Shown: positions 44,366 to 54,086, counted from the first letter of the stretch. The stretch is 64,000 bases of DNA from an uncultured Candidatus Saccharibacteria bacterium (GCA_965231045.1 OZ246406.1:116295-180294), one strand, 5' to 3'. Numbers and translations: made by a program. Notes: generated by a model from the sequence alone, not told the origin.

Positions 44366-45142
44366 ATGAATAGTAATCTGAACACAGTTATAAGTATCTC
44401 TAAGGTAAGCCAGTCGTTTAAAGTTGGTGATGAAAATATACAAGTGCTGAGCGATGTTAATTTCAAGATTTTAGAAAATACTTTCAATATTCTTTATGGA
44501 CCATCTGGGTCTGGTAAATCAACCTTACTTAATATTCTCACGGGTTTGCAGAAGCCAAGTCAAGGTAGTGTAACTTTTAATAATCGTGATATCTACAATC
44601 TAATACCTAATCAACTAGCGCATTTCCGAGCGAACGATATCGGCATTATGTATCAGCAGAACTATTGGGTAAAAAGTCTTAACGTCGTTGAAAATGTTTC
44701 AGTCCCTCTATACTTCTTAGGTTATTCCCGAGCCAAAGCGCAAAAAATTGCTCAGGATACACTAAACAGATTTAGCATGGGTGAATATTCTAAGAAAACA
44801 CCATTCTTGTTATCTGGTGGTGAGCAACAACGTATTGCCTTAGCCCGTGCCGTCGTTAATGATCCGCTAGTCATTGTTGCGGATGAGCCAACTGGAAATT
44901 TGGATAGTAAAAATGGTGATATGATTATGAACTTACTTCAACAATATCAAACAGAACTAAAACGTACGATTATCTTGGTCACCCACAACCTTGAGTATTT
45001 GCCGCTTGCTGATCAGTTGATTCATATTCAAGATGGTCGTGTTGAAGAAATGCTAGATGGTGATATTCAAGAAACCACCAACCAGTTGCTTGGCGATATG
45101 AAAGCCCGTATTGATCGATTGTCGAAAGCGAGGCAAAAATGA
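44366..45142 (+). CDS. ABC transporter ATP-binding protein (FtsE/LolD/MacB-like)
   Basis: Walker A GPSGSGKST, signature LSGGEQQR, Walker B VIVADEPTGNLD. Its ATG lies 2 nt after the giant gene's stop. Confidence 0.92.
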   Translation: MNSNLNTVISISKVSQSFKVGDENIQVLSDVNFKILENTFNILYGPSGSGKSTLLNILTGLQKPSQGSVTFNNRDIYNLIPNQLAHFRANDIGIMYQQNYWVKSLNVVENVSVPLYFLGYSRAKAQKIAQDTLNRFSMGEYSKKTPFLLSGGEQQRIALARAVVNDPLVIVADEPTGNLDSKNGDMIMNLLQQYQTELKRTIILVTHNLEYLPLADQLIHIQDGRVEEMLDGDIQETTNQLLGDMKARIDRLSKARQK

Positions 45143-46377
45143 GCCTACGACAAAATATTAATGACTATCTAAAGAACCGTAAGAATTACCGAGCAATCCA
45201 CTTGAAGGTTCTGCTTTACATGGCCTGGAAGAATCTAATCAGCAAGAAGCTTAGAACAGCTCTAACTATCTCAGGTGTTGTCATTGGTATTACAGCTATA
45301 TTCTTTTTGCTGTCCTTTGGGCTTGGTATTCAACAGCTTGTAACTAAGCAGGTTGTTGGTGATAGATCTCTAAAGTCGATTGACATAAACACACCTAACT
45401 CCAAGGTCCTCAAACTTAATGAAGAGTTTGTTAACAAGGTTAAATCATACCCGCATGTCGATAAGGTTGGCACGGAGTATTCTTTCCCCGGCGCAATTTC
45501 ATATAAAGGTGGTGAAATTGATAGTGTTGTCTACGGCATTAATGATGATTACCAAAAACTTCTTACTTTAAATCTGACGTCTGGTCGGTTATTAAAAAGT
45601 GATGACAACAAGGCAATCCTTATTAACAAATCTGCACTAGATGCAATCGGGCTAAAGGATAAGCCGGTTGACCAAAAGCTAACAATAACAATCCCTCTGA
45701 AGAACTCCAGTCAGAAAGCCCAGCAAATTAAAGAAGAATTTACGATCGTTGGTGTAGTTGACTCGGGTGCTGGAAGCGAAATATTTATGCCGGACCATGT
45801 TTTTAGCCTGGCAGGAGTTACAACCTATCAGCAAGTAAAAGTTGTAGCCGACAAGAACGACAACGTGGCGAGTCTAAGAAAACAAATTGAGAGTAATGGT
45901 TTTCAGACTACTTCACTTGGCGACACGCTTGTTGAGATGAATCGAATATTTAAGTTCTTCAATGTAATACTAGTTAGTTTTGGTAGCATTGGTATGGTTG
46001 TATCTATTCTGGGTATGTTTAACACTCTAACCATATCCTTGCTGGAAAGAACAAAAGAAATTGGACTGATGATAACTCTAGGCGGCCGGCCGTCAGACAT
46101 GCGCAAACTGTTTATACTGGAAGCCGTAGTTATCTCGATTGTAGGTGCAATCATAGGTATTATAGGTGCAGTAATGATCGGTAGGCTTGTAAACGTTGTT
46201 ATGAATGGCTTCGCGGCACATCGTGGCGTAACAGAACGTTTTAATTTGTTCTCAACGCCTATGTGGGCAATCGGGGTTATTGTCCTTATGACTACTGTCG
46301 TCGGTCTGGTTGTAGTTTACTTCCCTGCTCGACGAGCTGAAAAGATCAGCCCAATAGATGCCCTCAGACGAGAATAA
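45139..46377 (+). CDS. ABC permease, FtsX/MacB type
   Basis: TM1 (LTISGVVIGITAIFFLLSF), an extracytoplasmic domain of about 230 aa, and the FtsX module ERTKEIGLMITLGG plus 3 TM segments. ATGA overlap with the ATPase gene at 45139-45142. Confidence 0.9.
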   Translation: MSLRQNINDYLKNRKNYRAIHLKVLLYMAWKNLISKKLRTALTISGVVIGITAIFFLLSFGLGIQQLVTKQVVGDRSLKSIDINTPNSKVLKLNEEFVNKVKSYPHVDKVGTEYSFPGAISYKGGEIDSVVYGINDDYQKLLTLNLTSGRLLKSDDNKAILINKSALDAIGLKDKPVDQKLTITIPLKNSSQKAQQIKEEFTIVGVVDSGAGSEIFMPDHVFSLAGVTTYQQVKVVADKNDNVASLRKQIESNGFQTTSLGDTLVEMNRIFKFFNVILVSFGSIGMVVSILGMFNTLTISLLERTKEIGLMITLGGRPSDMRKLFILEAVVISIVGAIIGIIGAVMIGRLVNVVMNGFAAHRGVTERFNLFSTPMWAIGVIVLMTTVVGLVVVYFPARRAEKISPIDALRRE

Positions 46378-47355
46378 TCATAATATTTTCTTGGCAATCA
46401 AATATCTAAACATGAAAAAACCCGGGATTAATGGAAGCCAGAAAGCTAGAAGTCTATATACCAAGACAATACTAAGAGCGTTTGTCGAAGCAATACCAGT
46501 AGCGTATAAACCACTATAAAATCCAAGCTCGGCACCACCAATTCCACCTGGAGTTGGTGATACAGTCCCGCCGGTCAATCCAAAAGTAAAGGCTATGAAA
46601 GCTTGAGCCAAGGTTATTTGTTCGCCCAAACCCTTAGTACATAAATAGAATGCTACTAAGTAAAATGTTGTAGTACCTAAGGCACTAAGAAGCCCAAATA
46701 ATACAAGTTGGGGTCGTTTTTTATACGCTTGCAACAAATGCAATAACTTTGCTAGTGACTCCTCGGCCTTCTGTCGGATCTGCTTAACTAGACTGGCTAG
46801 CAAAATGAGCAGTACTACCCCTACTAACAAAAAAATGATCCAAGCCGAAGATAAATGTATGTTTACGAGCTTAATTGGCTCATGCGTAAAAACAATTAGC
46901 AAAAATGCTGCCAATATATATGACAAAAAACTTAGTAAATTATTTAGGGCAACAATGGCTGTGGCCTGAGTTTTACTGTGCATGACACCAGAAATGTACT
47001 TAATGTTTGTGGCTACCCCGCCCAGACCAGCTGGTAGTAATCGACTGGTAAATGCTCCAGCCAGTTCAACTTGAACCATCTGTAAGTATTCGATTTTACG
47101 ATCAGCTAACGACCAATAAACCCCGGCTGCTGTGAAGTAAGTTACAGCTATGGCAAACAGCGACAGACTAATTAGCGGCCAGTTACCTTCCGCTAGGGCT
47201 ATGGCTCCCTGCTTAAGGCTAGAATAGTTTAAGTACAGGACGACTATCGTAAGAACAAGCGACGCGGCAAATATAAGCTTTCGCCAGGACCGCTCTTTTA
47301 TGGCAAAACTAAATGTCGCGTGCAAGAGTTGTTTAATAGGATTTTTGTGCGACAT
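46378..47355 (-). CDS. UPF0104/LPG-synthase-TM (flippase-like) membrane protein
   Basis: 325 aa with about 8 TM segments. The motif RLLPAGLGGVATNIKY is typical of this family. Confidence 0.68.
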   Translation of the reverse strand: MSHKNPIKQLLHATFSFAIKERSWRKLIFAASLVLTIVVLYLNYSSLKQGAIALAEGNWPLISLSLFAIAVTYFTAAGVYWSLADRKIEYLQMVQVELAGAFTSRLLPAGLGGVATNIKYISGVMHSKTQATAIVALNNLLSFLSYILAAFLLIVFTHEPIKLVNIHLSSAWIIFLLVGVVLLILLASLVKQIRQKAEESLAKLLHLLQAYKKRPQLVLFGLLSALGTTTFYLVAFYLCTKGLGEQITLAQAFIAFTFGLTGGTVSPTPGGIGGAELGFYSGLYATGIASTNALSIVLVYRLLAFWLPLIPGFFMFRYLIAKKIL

Positions 47356-47440
47356 GAGATATTCCTTTACAACTTTATTATAGCAATACGATCGAGTAAT
47401 AACTTGTTATCATATACTAATAACGAAAGGATATTTTGAT

Positions 47441-48163
47441 ATGAAAGAATGGGATTTCAGTAACCTTAAGGCAGTGTTCATTAATTGCACGCTTTCTCCG
47501 TCCCCTAAAATTAGTCATACCGAAAAACTTGCTCAAATAAGTATAGATATAATGAATAAACATGGTGTAAAAACGGAAATGATTCGCCTGGTTGATCATG
47601 ATGTTGCCCCAGGTGTTTATCCTGATATGACCAAGCATGGTTTTAAAACTGATGAATGGCCAAAGATTCAAAAGAAAGTTATGGATGCCGATATATTGGT
47701 GCTGTGTGGGCCTATTTGGCTTGGTGACAACAGCAGTGAAATGAAGAAAGCCATTGAGCGACTTTATGCTAATTCGGGTGATCTTAATAAGGCTGGTCAG
47801 TATGCTTATTACGGTAAAGTCGGTGGTTGTCTTATCACTGGTAACGAAGACGGCATAAAACACTGCGCTATGAATATCCTTTATAGTTTGCAACATCTTG
47901 GGTATACAATTCCACCACAAGCGGATGCGGGTTGGATTGGTGAGGCTGGGCCTGGAGCAAGCTACGGTGACAAATTAGAAGATGGAACGATCGTTGGTGT
48001 AAGCAATGACTTTACGAACCGCAATACTACTTTTATGACGTGGAACTTGATGCACCAAGCAAAACTGCTCAAAGAAAATGGCGGCGTACCAGCTTATGGT
48101 AACCAGCGATCAGAGTGGGATGCGGGCGCTCGTTTTGATTTCGAAAATCCAGAATACCGTTAG
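47441..48163 (+). CDS. Flavodoxin-like NAD(P)H-dependent FMN reductase family protein
   Basis: KAVFINCTLSPSPKISHTEKL...ADILVLCGPIWLGDNSS... is the typical layout of this family. Confidence 0.78.
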   Translation: MKEWDFSNLKAVFINCTLSPSPKISHTEKLAQISIDIMNKHGVKTEMIRLVDHDVAPGVYPDMTKHGFKTDEWPKIQKKVMDADILVLCGPIWLGDNSSEMKKAIERLYANSGDLNKAGQYAYYGKVGGCLITGNEDGIKHCAMNILYSLQHLGYTIPPQADAGWIGEAGPGASYGDKLEDGTIVGVSNDFTNRNTTFMTWNLMHQAKLLKENGGVPAYGNQRSEWDAGARFDFENPEYR

Positions 48164-49182
48164 GTGTTTAGGGGCAATCTTAGAATAAACGTTGACCCGT
48201 GATTCACTTTACTTTTGACTTCAATGCTACCATCATGAAGCTCAATAATGTTTTTGGCGATCGAAAGTCCCAGGCCATGCCCCTCATTATGTTGCTTGCT
48301 GCGAGCTGAATCAGCTCTATAGAAACGCTCAAAAATATGACTTAATTCGGATGGTTTGATCCCGATCCCCTGGTCTATGACGTCAATCCTGACATCACTT
48401 TTAGTAAGCTGGAGCTTAACTTCGATTGATGAATTTTTAGGGCTGTACTTGATTGCATTATCAACAAGAATGGTAATTACCTCAATGATACTCGCTCTAT
48501 CAACGAGAACCATGGCATCGTTTGGTAGGGTTGTAATAATCTTTAAGTTTTTCGTTTTAGCTAAGGCTTTCGCTCGATCGGTTGATTCTAGAATCATTTT
48601 CTTCAAAGAAGCTGGTTTTTTCTCGATTGAGTCATTTTCTAGACTGGCCAGTTTTAGAAGGCCTTCTGATAGAGCAGTTAAGCGTGCCAATTCTTCTAGA
48701 TTACTCTTAAGCTGCTGTTTGGCTTGCTTTAGAGTAAGGTTAGGGTTCATGAGTGTAACCTCAATTTCAGTTTGCATAGCGGCAATTGGTGTCCGGAGTT
48801 CATGGCTAGCATCTGCAGTAAATCTTTCAAGCGCTTCATGAGACTCTTCGATCGGCCGTAAGGTTCGTCGCGCCAGGTAATAGCTCAAAAAGTAACCACC
48901 AACCAAGATAAATACATTAGTTAGTATTAACCTGCCTAAAATGTGTGCTCGAGCTTCGTTGAGTTCAAGTAAGCGATCATTAGTAAATTGATTAAGTGTA
49001 TCAAGTGGTATTGCCCCACCTGGCAATCTATCAATAAATACTCCTTGACGACGAAAACCACGATTTAGTTCTTGTACGGAAACACTATACAAATTAATAC
49101 TGAAGAATATGCTTATAGCCATCATTATTGATAAGTAAACGGCGGTAAGCTTGGTAGATGTTTTATGAAAAATTAGATTCAC
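48160..49182 (-). CDS. Sensor histidine kinase
   Basis: 2 TM segments, H-box FTADASHELRTPI, N-box LVDNAIKYS, and G-boxes DQGIGI and GHGLGLS. 4-nt overlap with the response regulator gene. Confidence 0.9.
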   Translation of the reverse strand: MNLIFHKTSTKLTAVYLSIMMAISIFFSINLYSVSVQELNRGFRRQGVFIDRLPGGAIPLDTLNQFTNDRLLELNEARAHILGRLILTNVFILVGGYFLSYYLARRTLRPIEESHEALERFTADASHELRTPIAAMQTEIEVTLMNPNLTLKQAKQQLKSNLEELARLTALSEGLLKLASLENDSIEKKPASLKKMILESTDRAKALAKTKNLKIITTLPNDAMVLVDRASIIEVITILVDNAIKYSPKNSSIEVKLQLTKSDVRIDVIDQGIGIKPSELSHIFERFYRADSARSKQHNEGHGLGLSIAKNIIELHDGSIEVKSKVNHGSTFILRLPLNT

Positions 49183-49856
49183 TTTTTGACCCCAAAGTAA
49201 TATCCAAAGCCCCGACGGGTGTGAATTAACTGAGTTTTAAATGGTTTATCAATTTTATTTCGCAAGTAGCCTATGTAGACTTCGATGGTGTTTGGTAATA
49301 TCTCTGAATCATAGTCCCAAACATGTTGCATTAGCGTATCTTTGGTTAGTATTTGTTCGGCATGTGTCATTAAGTATTCAAGGAGCGCAAACTCCTTGGC
49401 CGTTAGTTCGATTGACTTACCGGCTCTAGTAACGCTAAGACTCTTTGAGTCTAGGACTAGATTATCGTATTCAAGAATGTCGGTCTTACTTTGTTGTGGG
49501 CGACGCAGTAATGCCCTAACGCGAGCGACTAGTTCGACAAAAGCGAAAGGCTTAACTAAATAGTCATCGGCACCACTATTCAGCCCATGAGCGCGATCAA
49601 GCACTTTATCTTTAGCAGTTAAAAGCAGGATTGGCATATGTAATTTTTGGTCCCGAACGTTCTTAAGAATACCTATGCCATCAACTGATCCCGGTAGCAT
49701 GCGGTCAAGAATTATTAGATCATACGGCTCATTCAGGGCCATACTCAAACCATCATCGCCATCATATGCCACGTCAACGGCGTATGATTGCTGCTCCAAG
49801 CCTCGCTTGATTGCGTTGGCAATTTTATGTTCATCCTCAACTACGAGTATTCGCAT
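49179..49856 (-). CDS. OmpR/PhoB-family response regulator
   Basis: The receiver is MRILVVEDEHKIA...DLIILDRMLPG. The winged-helix output is LTAKEFALLEYL...VYIGYLRNKID...IHTRRGFGY. Confidence 0.93.
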   Translation of the reverse strand: MRILVVEDEHKIANAIKRGLEQQSYAVDVAYDGDDGLSMALNEPYDLIILDRMLPGSVDGIGILKNVRDQKLHMPILLLTAKDKVLDRAHGLNSGADDYLVKPFAFVELVARVRALLRRPQQSKTDILEYDNLVLDSKSLSVTRAGKSIELTAKEFALLEYLMTHAEQILTKDTLMQHVWDYDSEILPNTIEVYIGYLRNKIDKPFKTQLIHTRRGFGYYFGVKK

Positions 49857-49949
49857 ATATTTATTGTACCGGTATTCTACTGAGAATAAACTTAAAGAGG
49901 AGCTACGTGTCGTCCAAAACGGTAGCTCCTCGTTAAAGCCGGTTCTATA

Positions 49950-50405
49950 TTACTGCATCATATGATGTGGTCCTGGTCCTCCTTTCATGTGTCCTTCAAA
50001 TCTCTGAACGTATTGTTCAGGGATTTTATTGTCCTTAGCCCACTGTAGGAGTTCATCGTGCTTGGCTTTCATGGCATCGTGTCGCTCTTCGGGCGTTTTA
50101 TCCTTCAAGGAATCGAAGTACGTCTTCAGCTCTTGTAATTTAGCAATGATTTTATTTTCCTGGTCTTGGGTAAGTTTGCCATCTTTCACTGCTTGATCAA
50201 GATGATCCTTGATCTTCTGTTGACGTTCCTGCTCGTGCTGGGCACGATTCTCATCGAATACTTTTTGGACATCGTCCTTATTCAAGTTAAACTTCTGGGC
50301 AATTTTATCAGCTAGTGTTGATTGTCCATTAGTTTGACTTTGGGCTGATGCAAGTCCAACTCCAAGGAGACTTGTCACGCCTACGGTTGCGACGCTTGCT
50401 GCCAC
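49950..50405 (-). CDS. Secreted helical protein with one LTxxQ motif (CpxP/Spy-like?); start probably upstream at 50423 (ATT)
   Basis: Signal-peptide-like VAASVATVGVTSLLGVGLASAQS and a KLTQDQ motif. The AAGGAGG Shine-Dalgarno sequence lies 23 nt from the tracked GTG but 5 nt from the in-frame ATT at 50423. That start would give an xNKKLIVAAS... N-terminal region. Confidence 0.55.
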   Translation of the reverse strand: MAASVATVGVTSLLGVGLASAQSQTNGQSTLADKIAQKFNLNKDDVQKVFDENRAQHEQERQQKIKDHLDQAVKDGKLTQDQENKIIAKLQELKTYFDSLKDKTPEERHDAMKAKHDELLQWAKDNKIPEQYVQRFEGHMKGGPGPHHMMQ

Positions 50406-50618
50406 AATTAATTTCTTGTTAATAATGCCCTCCTTTTAAGTTTGCTTACTGCATATTGTCTTCGTGCATTGTTTCAGCGCCGCTGCGCATATTTTGATGC
50501 ATCACTCGAAGACGCTAATGTTGTCGATTGGGGTGACAACACAGCCATAATAACGTGCTAGATTGAGATTTTGCTGAATAGTAAAACAACTCCTTGAGAG
50601 ATGTCGTACTAACAGTAA

Positions 50619-51221
50619 TTATTGCAGTAAGTGACGAACTGCTTCTGTAATCGCTGCACCTAGTAGCAGAGCTAGCGTTATCCCGGCAGTTCCAATCACT
50701 ACCCCTACGATAAGCATTGCAAAGTCTTCCAAGATTAAACTAAGCGATATAACCACGACACCTAGAGCGGATAATGTATCTAGGCCTGAGAATGGTGGGG
50801 CCAAAAATGCGCCAAGTGTAAATACTAAGATAAGAATTGATACTATTCTCAAGGCGTAATGATGCCCCATCATTTTTTCAAGTCTTGGTTTCGAATAGCG
50901 CTCAAACCACCTAACGCGCCTCATCAGGAATGGCAGCATGCGTTTTAAAACAGGCTTAGGTACGCTTAATTTACGCCAGCGTTTTGGCAGCCAAACTGTT
51001 CGTCGTCCTGCCAGAAGCTCTAAACAGAGCAACATACATATTATTTCAAACAAATGTGTTACACCACCAGTTGGAATGGGCAGAGCCGGTAGTGACATAA
51101 GTAATAAAAAGACAATAGCAAAACTTTTTTCAGCGAATACTTCGGTCAACCCGACTATTGTTTTGGGTTGATCGCTTTTGAGCCAACCCTCAAGCTGATC
51201 ACTAAACCGTTTTGCTTTCAC
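50619..51221 (-). CDS. ExoD-family membrane protein
   Basis: SFAIVFLLLMSLPALPIPTGGVTHLFEIICMLLCLELLAGRRTVWLPKRW matches the ExoD family pattern. Confidence 0.78.
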   Translation of the reverse strand: MKAKRFSDQLEGWLKSDQPKTIVGLTEVFAEKSFAIVFLLLMSLPALPIPTGGVTHLFEIICMLLCLELLAGRRTVWLPKRWRKLSVPKPVLKRMLPFLMRRVRWFERYSKPRLEKMMGHHYALRIVSILILVFTLGAFLAPPFSGLDTLSALGVVVISLSLILEDFAMLIVGVVIGTAGITLALLLGAAITEAVRHLLQ

Positions 51222-51239
51222 TTATGTATAATACTTTGT

Positions 51240-51578
51240 ATGAGTAAAAAAATACAAAGTAAGTTCGAAGACCTTAAGTCAACAGTTGCTTATAGTAAGG
51301 TTGCTGGCTTTGCTGTAATGTTTATCGTATTTGGTGCTTGGTTTTATCACGTTGTTGAACACCTTAGGTGGCTAGATAGTTTTTATTTTACTGTTATTAC
51401 ACTAGCAACTGTTGGTTACGGTGATATTGTTCCGAAGACAGATTTAGGTAAAATCTTTACTATTTTCTACGTGTTTGTCGGAATTATAATATTCTTATCT
51501 TTGGCAAAGATTTTCCTGGGCGGTATTGCACTTAGGATGCAGAGCCGTAATCAACAAAAGGATAAGAATAAAAAATAG
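51240..51578 (+). CDS. Two-TM potassium channel
   Basis: Selectivity filter TLATVGYGD. I take the ATG at 51240 as the start, because the tracked start at 51168 overlaps exoD. A TATAAT at 51226-51231 lies only 8 nt upstream, so the transcript may be leaderless. Confidence 0.85.
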   Translation: MSKKIQSKFEDLKSTVAYSKVAGFAVMFIVFGAWFYHVVEHLRWLDSFYFTVITLATVGYGDIVPKTDLGKIFTIFYVFVGIIIFLSLAKIFLGGIALRMQSRNQQKDKNKK

Positions 51579-51619
51579 AGAGCCATTTTCGACTCTCTAT
51601 TAATAAAGCGTAGTAATAG

Positions 51620-52015
51620 CTATACTTTGGCTTCGTTGCCATGTACGAGCAATGCGTACAAGATCACACCATCAAGCACGGCTGCCACAATGCACCATAT
51701 TGGGTATGCTGGCAAAAATACTAAGTTTACAGCCAACATAACTGCTGTTGATATAATCCCAACTACCCGGCCCCACATTCCGCCGTGCAAGAGTGAAAAT
51801 CCTGCAGTCAAAAGGACAACCGCTAGGATTAAGTGTACCCAGCCCCAGGCTGTGAAGTTAAGTACTGTTAATGATTTTGAAGTAACTACATAGAAGTTAC
51901 TATTTGTTAGAGCGACAATTCCCATAAATCCTTGGAAAACTGCGCGTACGACCATTAGTATACCGGCAAAGTATACCCAGCCAACCCACCCGGTTGTGTT
52001 GTTCTGTGTAGGCAT
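51620..52015 (-). CDS. DUF7144-like membrane protein
   Basis: TGWVGWVYFAGILM...WGWVHLILAVVLLTAGFSLL...MWGRVVGII...PAYPIWCIV is the family pattern, from memory. Confidence 0.68.
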   Translation of the reverse strand: MPTQNNTTGWVGWVYFAGILMVVRAVFQGFMGIVALTNSNFYVVTSKSLTVLNFTAWGWVHLILAVVLLTAGFSLLHGGMWGRVVGIISTAVMLAVNLVFLPAYPIWCIVAAVLDGVILYALLVHGNEAKV

Positions 52016-52118
52016 AGAACCCTCCTTAGTTTATATACTTATGTTTACTCTAACTGGAAAATTTGTCAAATAATCGTGTTAATAATAACAGCACTTTCGT
52101 ATCTGTTAAGTTGATACT

Positions 52119-52907
52119 TCACGGGAGGTATGCTTTGGCAAATAAAATTAGTGATATCGCGAAGGCGATACCAATAATAATGCCACGTATGAATTTAGAT
52201 TCTAGTTTTGTGCTGTATTTAGCCCCAACTAAACCGCCCACCAGGTTACCAGTAATTAACATAGGTAGATATTTCCAATTTATGAGCCCAACTGAAATAA
52301 AATATATGGTAGCTATTCCGCTGATTATAATACCAGTCATATTTTTAAGTCCGTTCATCTGATGAATGTTGGTTAACTCTGTGAGCCCCAAAAAGGCCAA
52401 CATCATTATCCCGTATCCAGCACCAAAGTAACCCCCATAAATTGATAAGAAAAAGACGGCTATACCTACACCGAGCATAGTTGCTAACTGGTGTCGTCTA
52501 ACAAGCTTTTTATTCTCCTTTTGGAATAACCACTTATGAAGTCGTGGTTGCAACATAAGTAAAATCGCAGCAGCAAGTACAAACCATGGAGCTATGTATT
52601 CAAATGTCCTGTTAGGCGTATGACTAAGAAGTAAGGCCCCTAAAAGGCCGCCACCTATAGCTGGTACGAACAGCAAAAAGTACTTCCCTGGTGTTTTTCT
52701 TATGTAGCTTCTATAGCCAAATGCCGAGCTGGTCTGGCCCGGGAAGACTATAAGACTGCATGTGGCGTTGGCATTTATTGGAGGTACACCAAGACTTAGT
52801 AATATTGGGTACAATATAAATGAACCTCCACCGGCAATAGAGTTAATAGAGCCAGCTAAGAAACCGACCACAAGCAGTAGTAACAACTGCATATTTAACA
52901 TAATCAT
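52119..52907 (-). CDS. TauE/SafE family sulfite/anion exporter
   Basis: GFLAGSINSIAGGGSFILYPILL and a second internal repeat, with about 8 TM segments. Confidence 0.85.
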   Translation of the reverse strand: MIMLNMQLLLLLVVGFLAGSINSIAGGGSFILYPILLSLGVPPINANATCSLIVFPGQTSSAFGYRSYIRKTPGKYFLLFVPAIGGGLLGALLLSHTPNRTFEYIAPWFVLAAAILLMLQPRLHKWLFQKENKKLVRRHQLATMLGVGIAVFFLSIYGGYFGAGYGIMMLAFLGLTELTNIHQMNGLKNMTGIIISGIATIYFISVGLINWKYLPMLITGNLVGGLVGAKYSTKLESKFIRGIIIGIAFAISLILFAKAYLP

Positions 52908-52961
52908 ATTGTACAGTACGCTCAGGATGCTAGCTTACTTCAAGTTAGCTTAGTATATTGA

Positions 52962-54077
52962 CTAAATAGGGCTTTCTTCTTTTAGGACAGCATTACCGTG
53001 ATTTTCAATAGTGCTTGAGTATACCTGTATAGTCGAAATGATCAGGATCATAATAATCGGGCCAATTACTATGCCTAAGAATCCAAACATTGCCATACCT
53101 GAAAATACAGCAAGCATCATTAGGGCAGAATTTAAATGTGCACTCTTTGGGACGAGACGTGCACGGAGAAAGTTATCAACATTTGTTACAACTAGTAAAT
53201 GCACAAGTATAACAAAGGCTCCTTGCCAGTAGTTACCAAATAGCATCATTACGATGCCGATAGGTATAGTCAATATGCCGCTACCAAGTGGTATCACGGA
53301 TAACAAGCTTAGAATTAGTAGCATAAAAAAGAATAAGCTATGCATCCCAGCAATATATAGGGAGGTTGCTCCAATTAAGCCTTGTACAAAGGCAATAATG
53401 AACTGCCCTTTTATAACTGCCCGAGTCATGTCCCCCATTTTTTGCATATATAAGTCGGTAATTTTTGGCCCCAGAGGATTTAAGCGTTTTATTAAGGCCA
53501 CGACACTTTCCCCGTTAGTTAGTAAGCTAGTAAACACAAACAAAAAGAGTATAAACTCGGTTATTAGTCTTGGGATACTACCAATTGAGTTAAGGGTGAA
53601 GTTAAGAAATCCTTGGGCTGCCGACCTTGCAAATCCTTCAAGTGAGCTTGCAATGCTTGTTGCCGTTACAGGTTGCGTCCCTGGAATATTGCTAAGGATG
53701 TTATTAATAGAGTTAGTAAGGTCCTGTCCAAAAGCGCCGATACTATTCACATCAATCTTGGGGACTGATCTAAGCAGAGCTTCAACCTGCATGACAGTCA
53801 GGATTACAATTATTGTCAGCGGTATAATTAGCATTAAGAAGGAAGTGAGTAGCGTTAGTAAGGTAGCGCGGCCAGGTTTCTTAGTGGTCTTCAAAAAGCG
53901 CTGTCTCATTGGGTGGAACACATAAGCTAAAATGGCACCTATCGCAATCACCGAAAAATAGCGACTTAAAAAGTAGGCTCCAAAAACAATGCTAATTATG
54001 ACGGCAATTGTTAGTGCTCGTTGTTCTCGGTGTGAAAGCGTAATCTTCATGATGACTATTATAGGCTGTTTTTTCAA
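52962..54077 (-). CDS. AI-2E/PerM (UPF0118) family transporter
   Basis: 371 aa, multi-TM, with PLGSGILTIPIGIVMM...NFLRARLVPK, typical of this family. Confidence 0.86.
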   Translation of the reverse strand: MKKQPIIVIMKITLSHREQRALTIAVIISIVFGAYFLSRYFSVIAIGAILAYVFHPMRQRFLKTTKKPGRATLLTLLTSFLMLIIPLTIIVILTVMQVEALLRSVPKIDVNSIGAFGQDLTNSINNILSNIPGTQPVTATSIASSLEGFARSAAQGFLNFTLNSIGSIPRLITEFILFLFVFTSLLTNGESVVALIKRLNPLGPKITDLYMQKMGDMTRAVIKGQFIIAFVQGLIGATSLYIAGMHSLFFFMLLILSLLSVIPLGSGILTIPIGIVMMLFGNYWQGAFVILVHLLVVTNVDNFLRARLVPKSAHLNSALMMLAVFSGMAMFGFLGIVIGPIIMILIISTIQVYSSTIENHGNAVLKEESPI

Positions 54078-54086
54078 AAAAACAGG

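Noticed and set aside
47417-47920. 167-aa minus-strand ORF.
   Set aside because: It is entirely antisense to the well-supported flavodoxin-like FMN reductase gene (47441-48163), and its composition is unremarkable.
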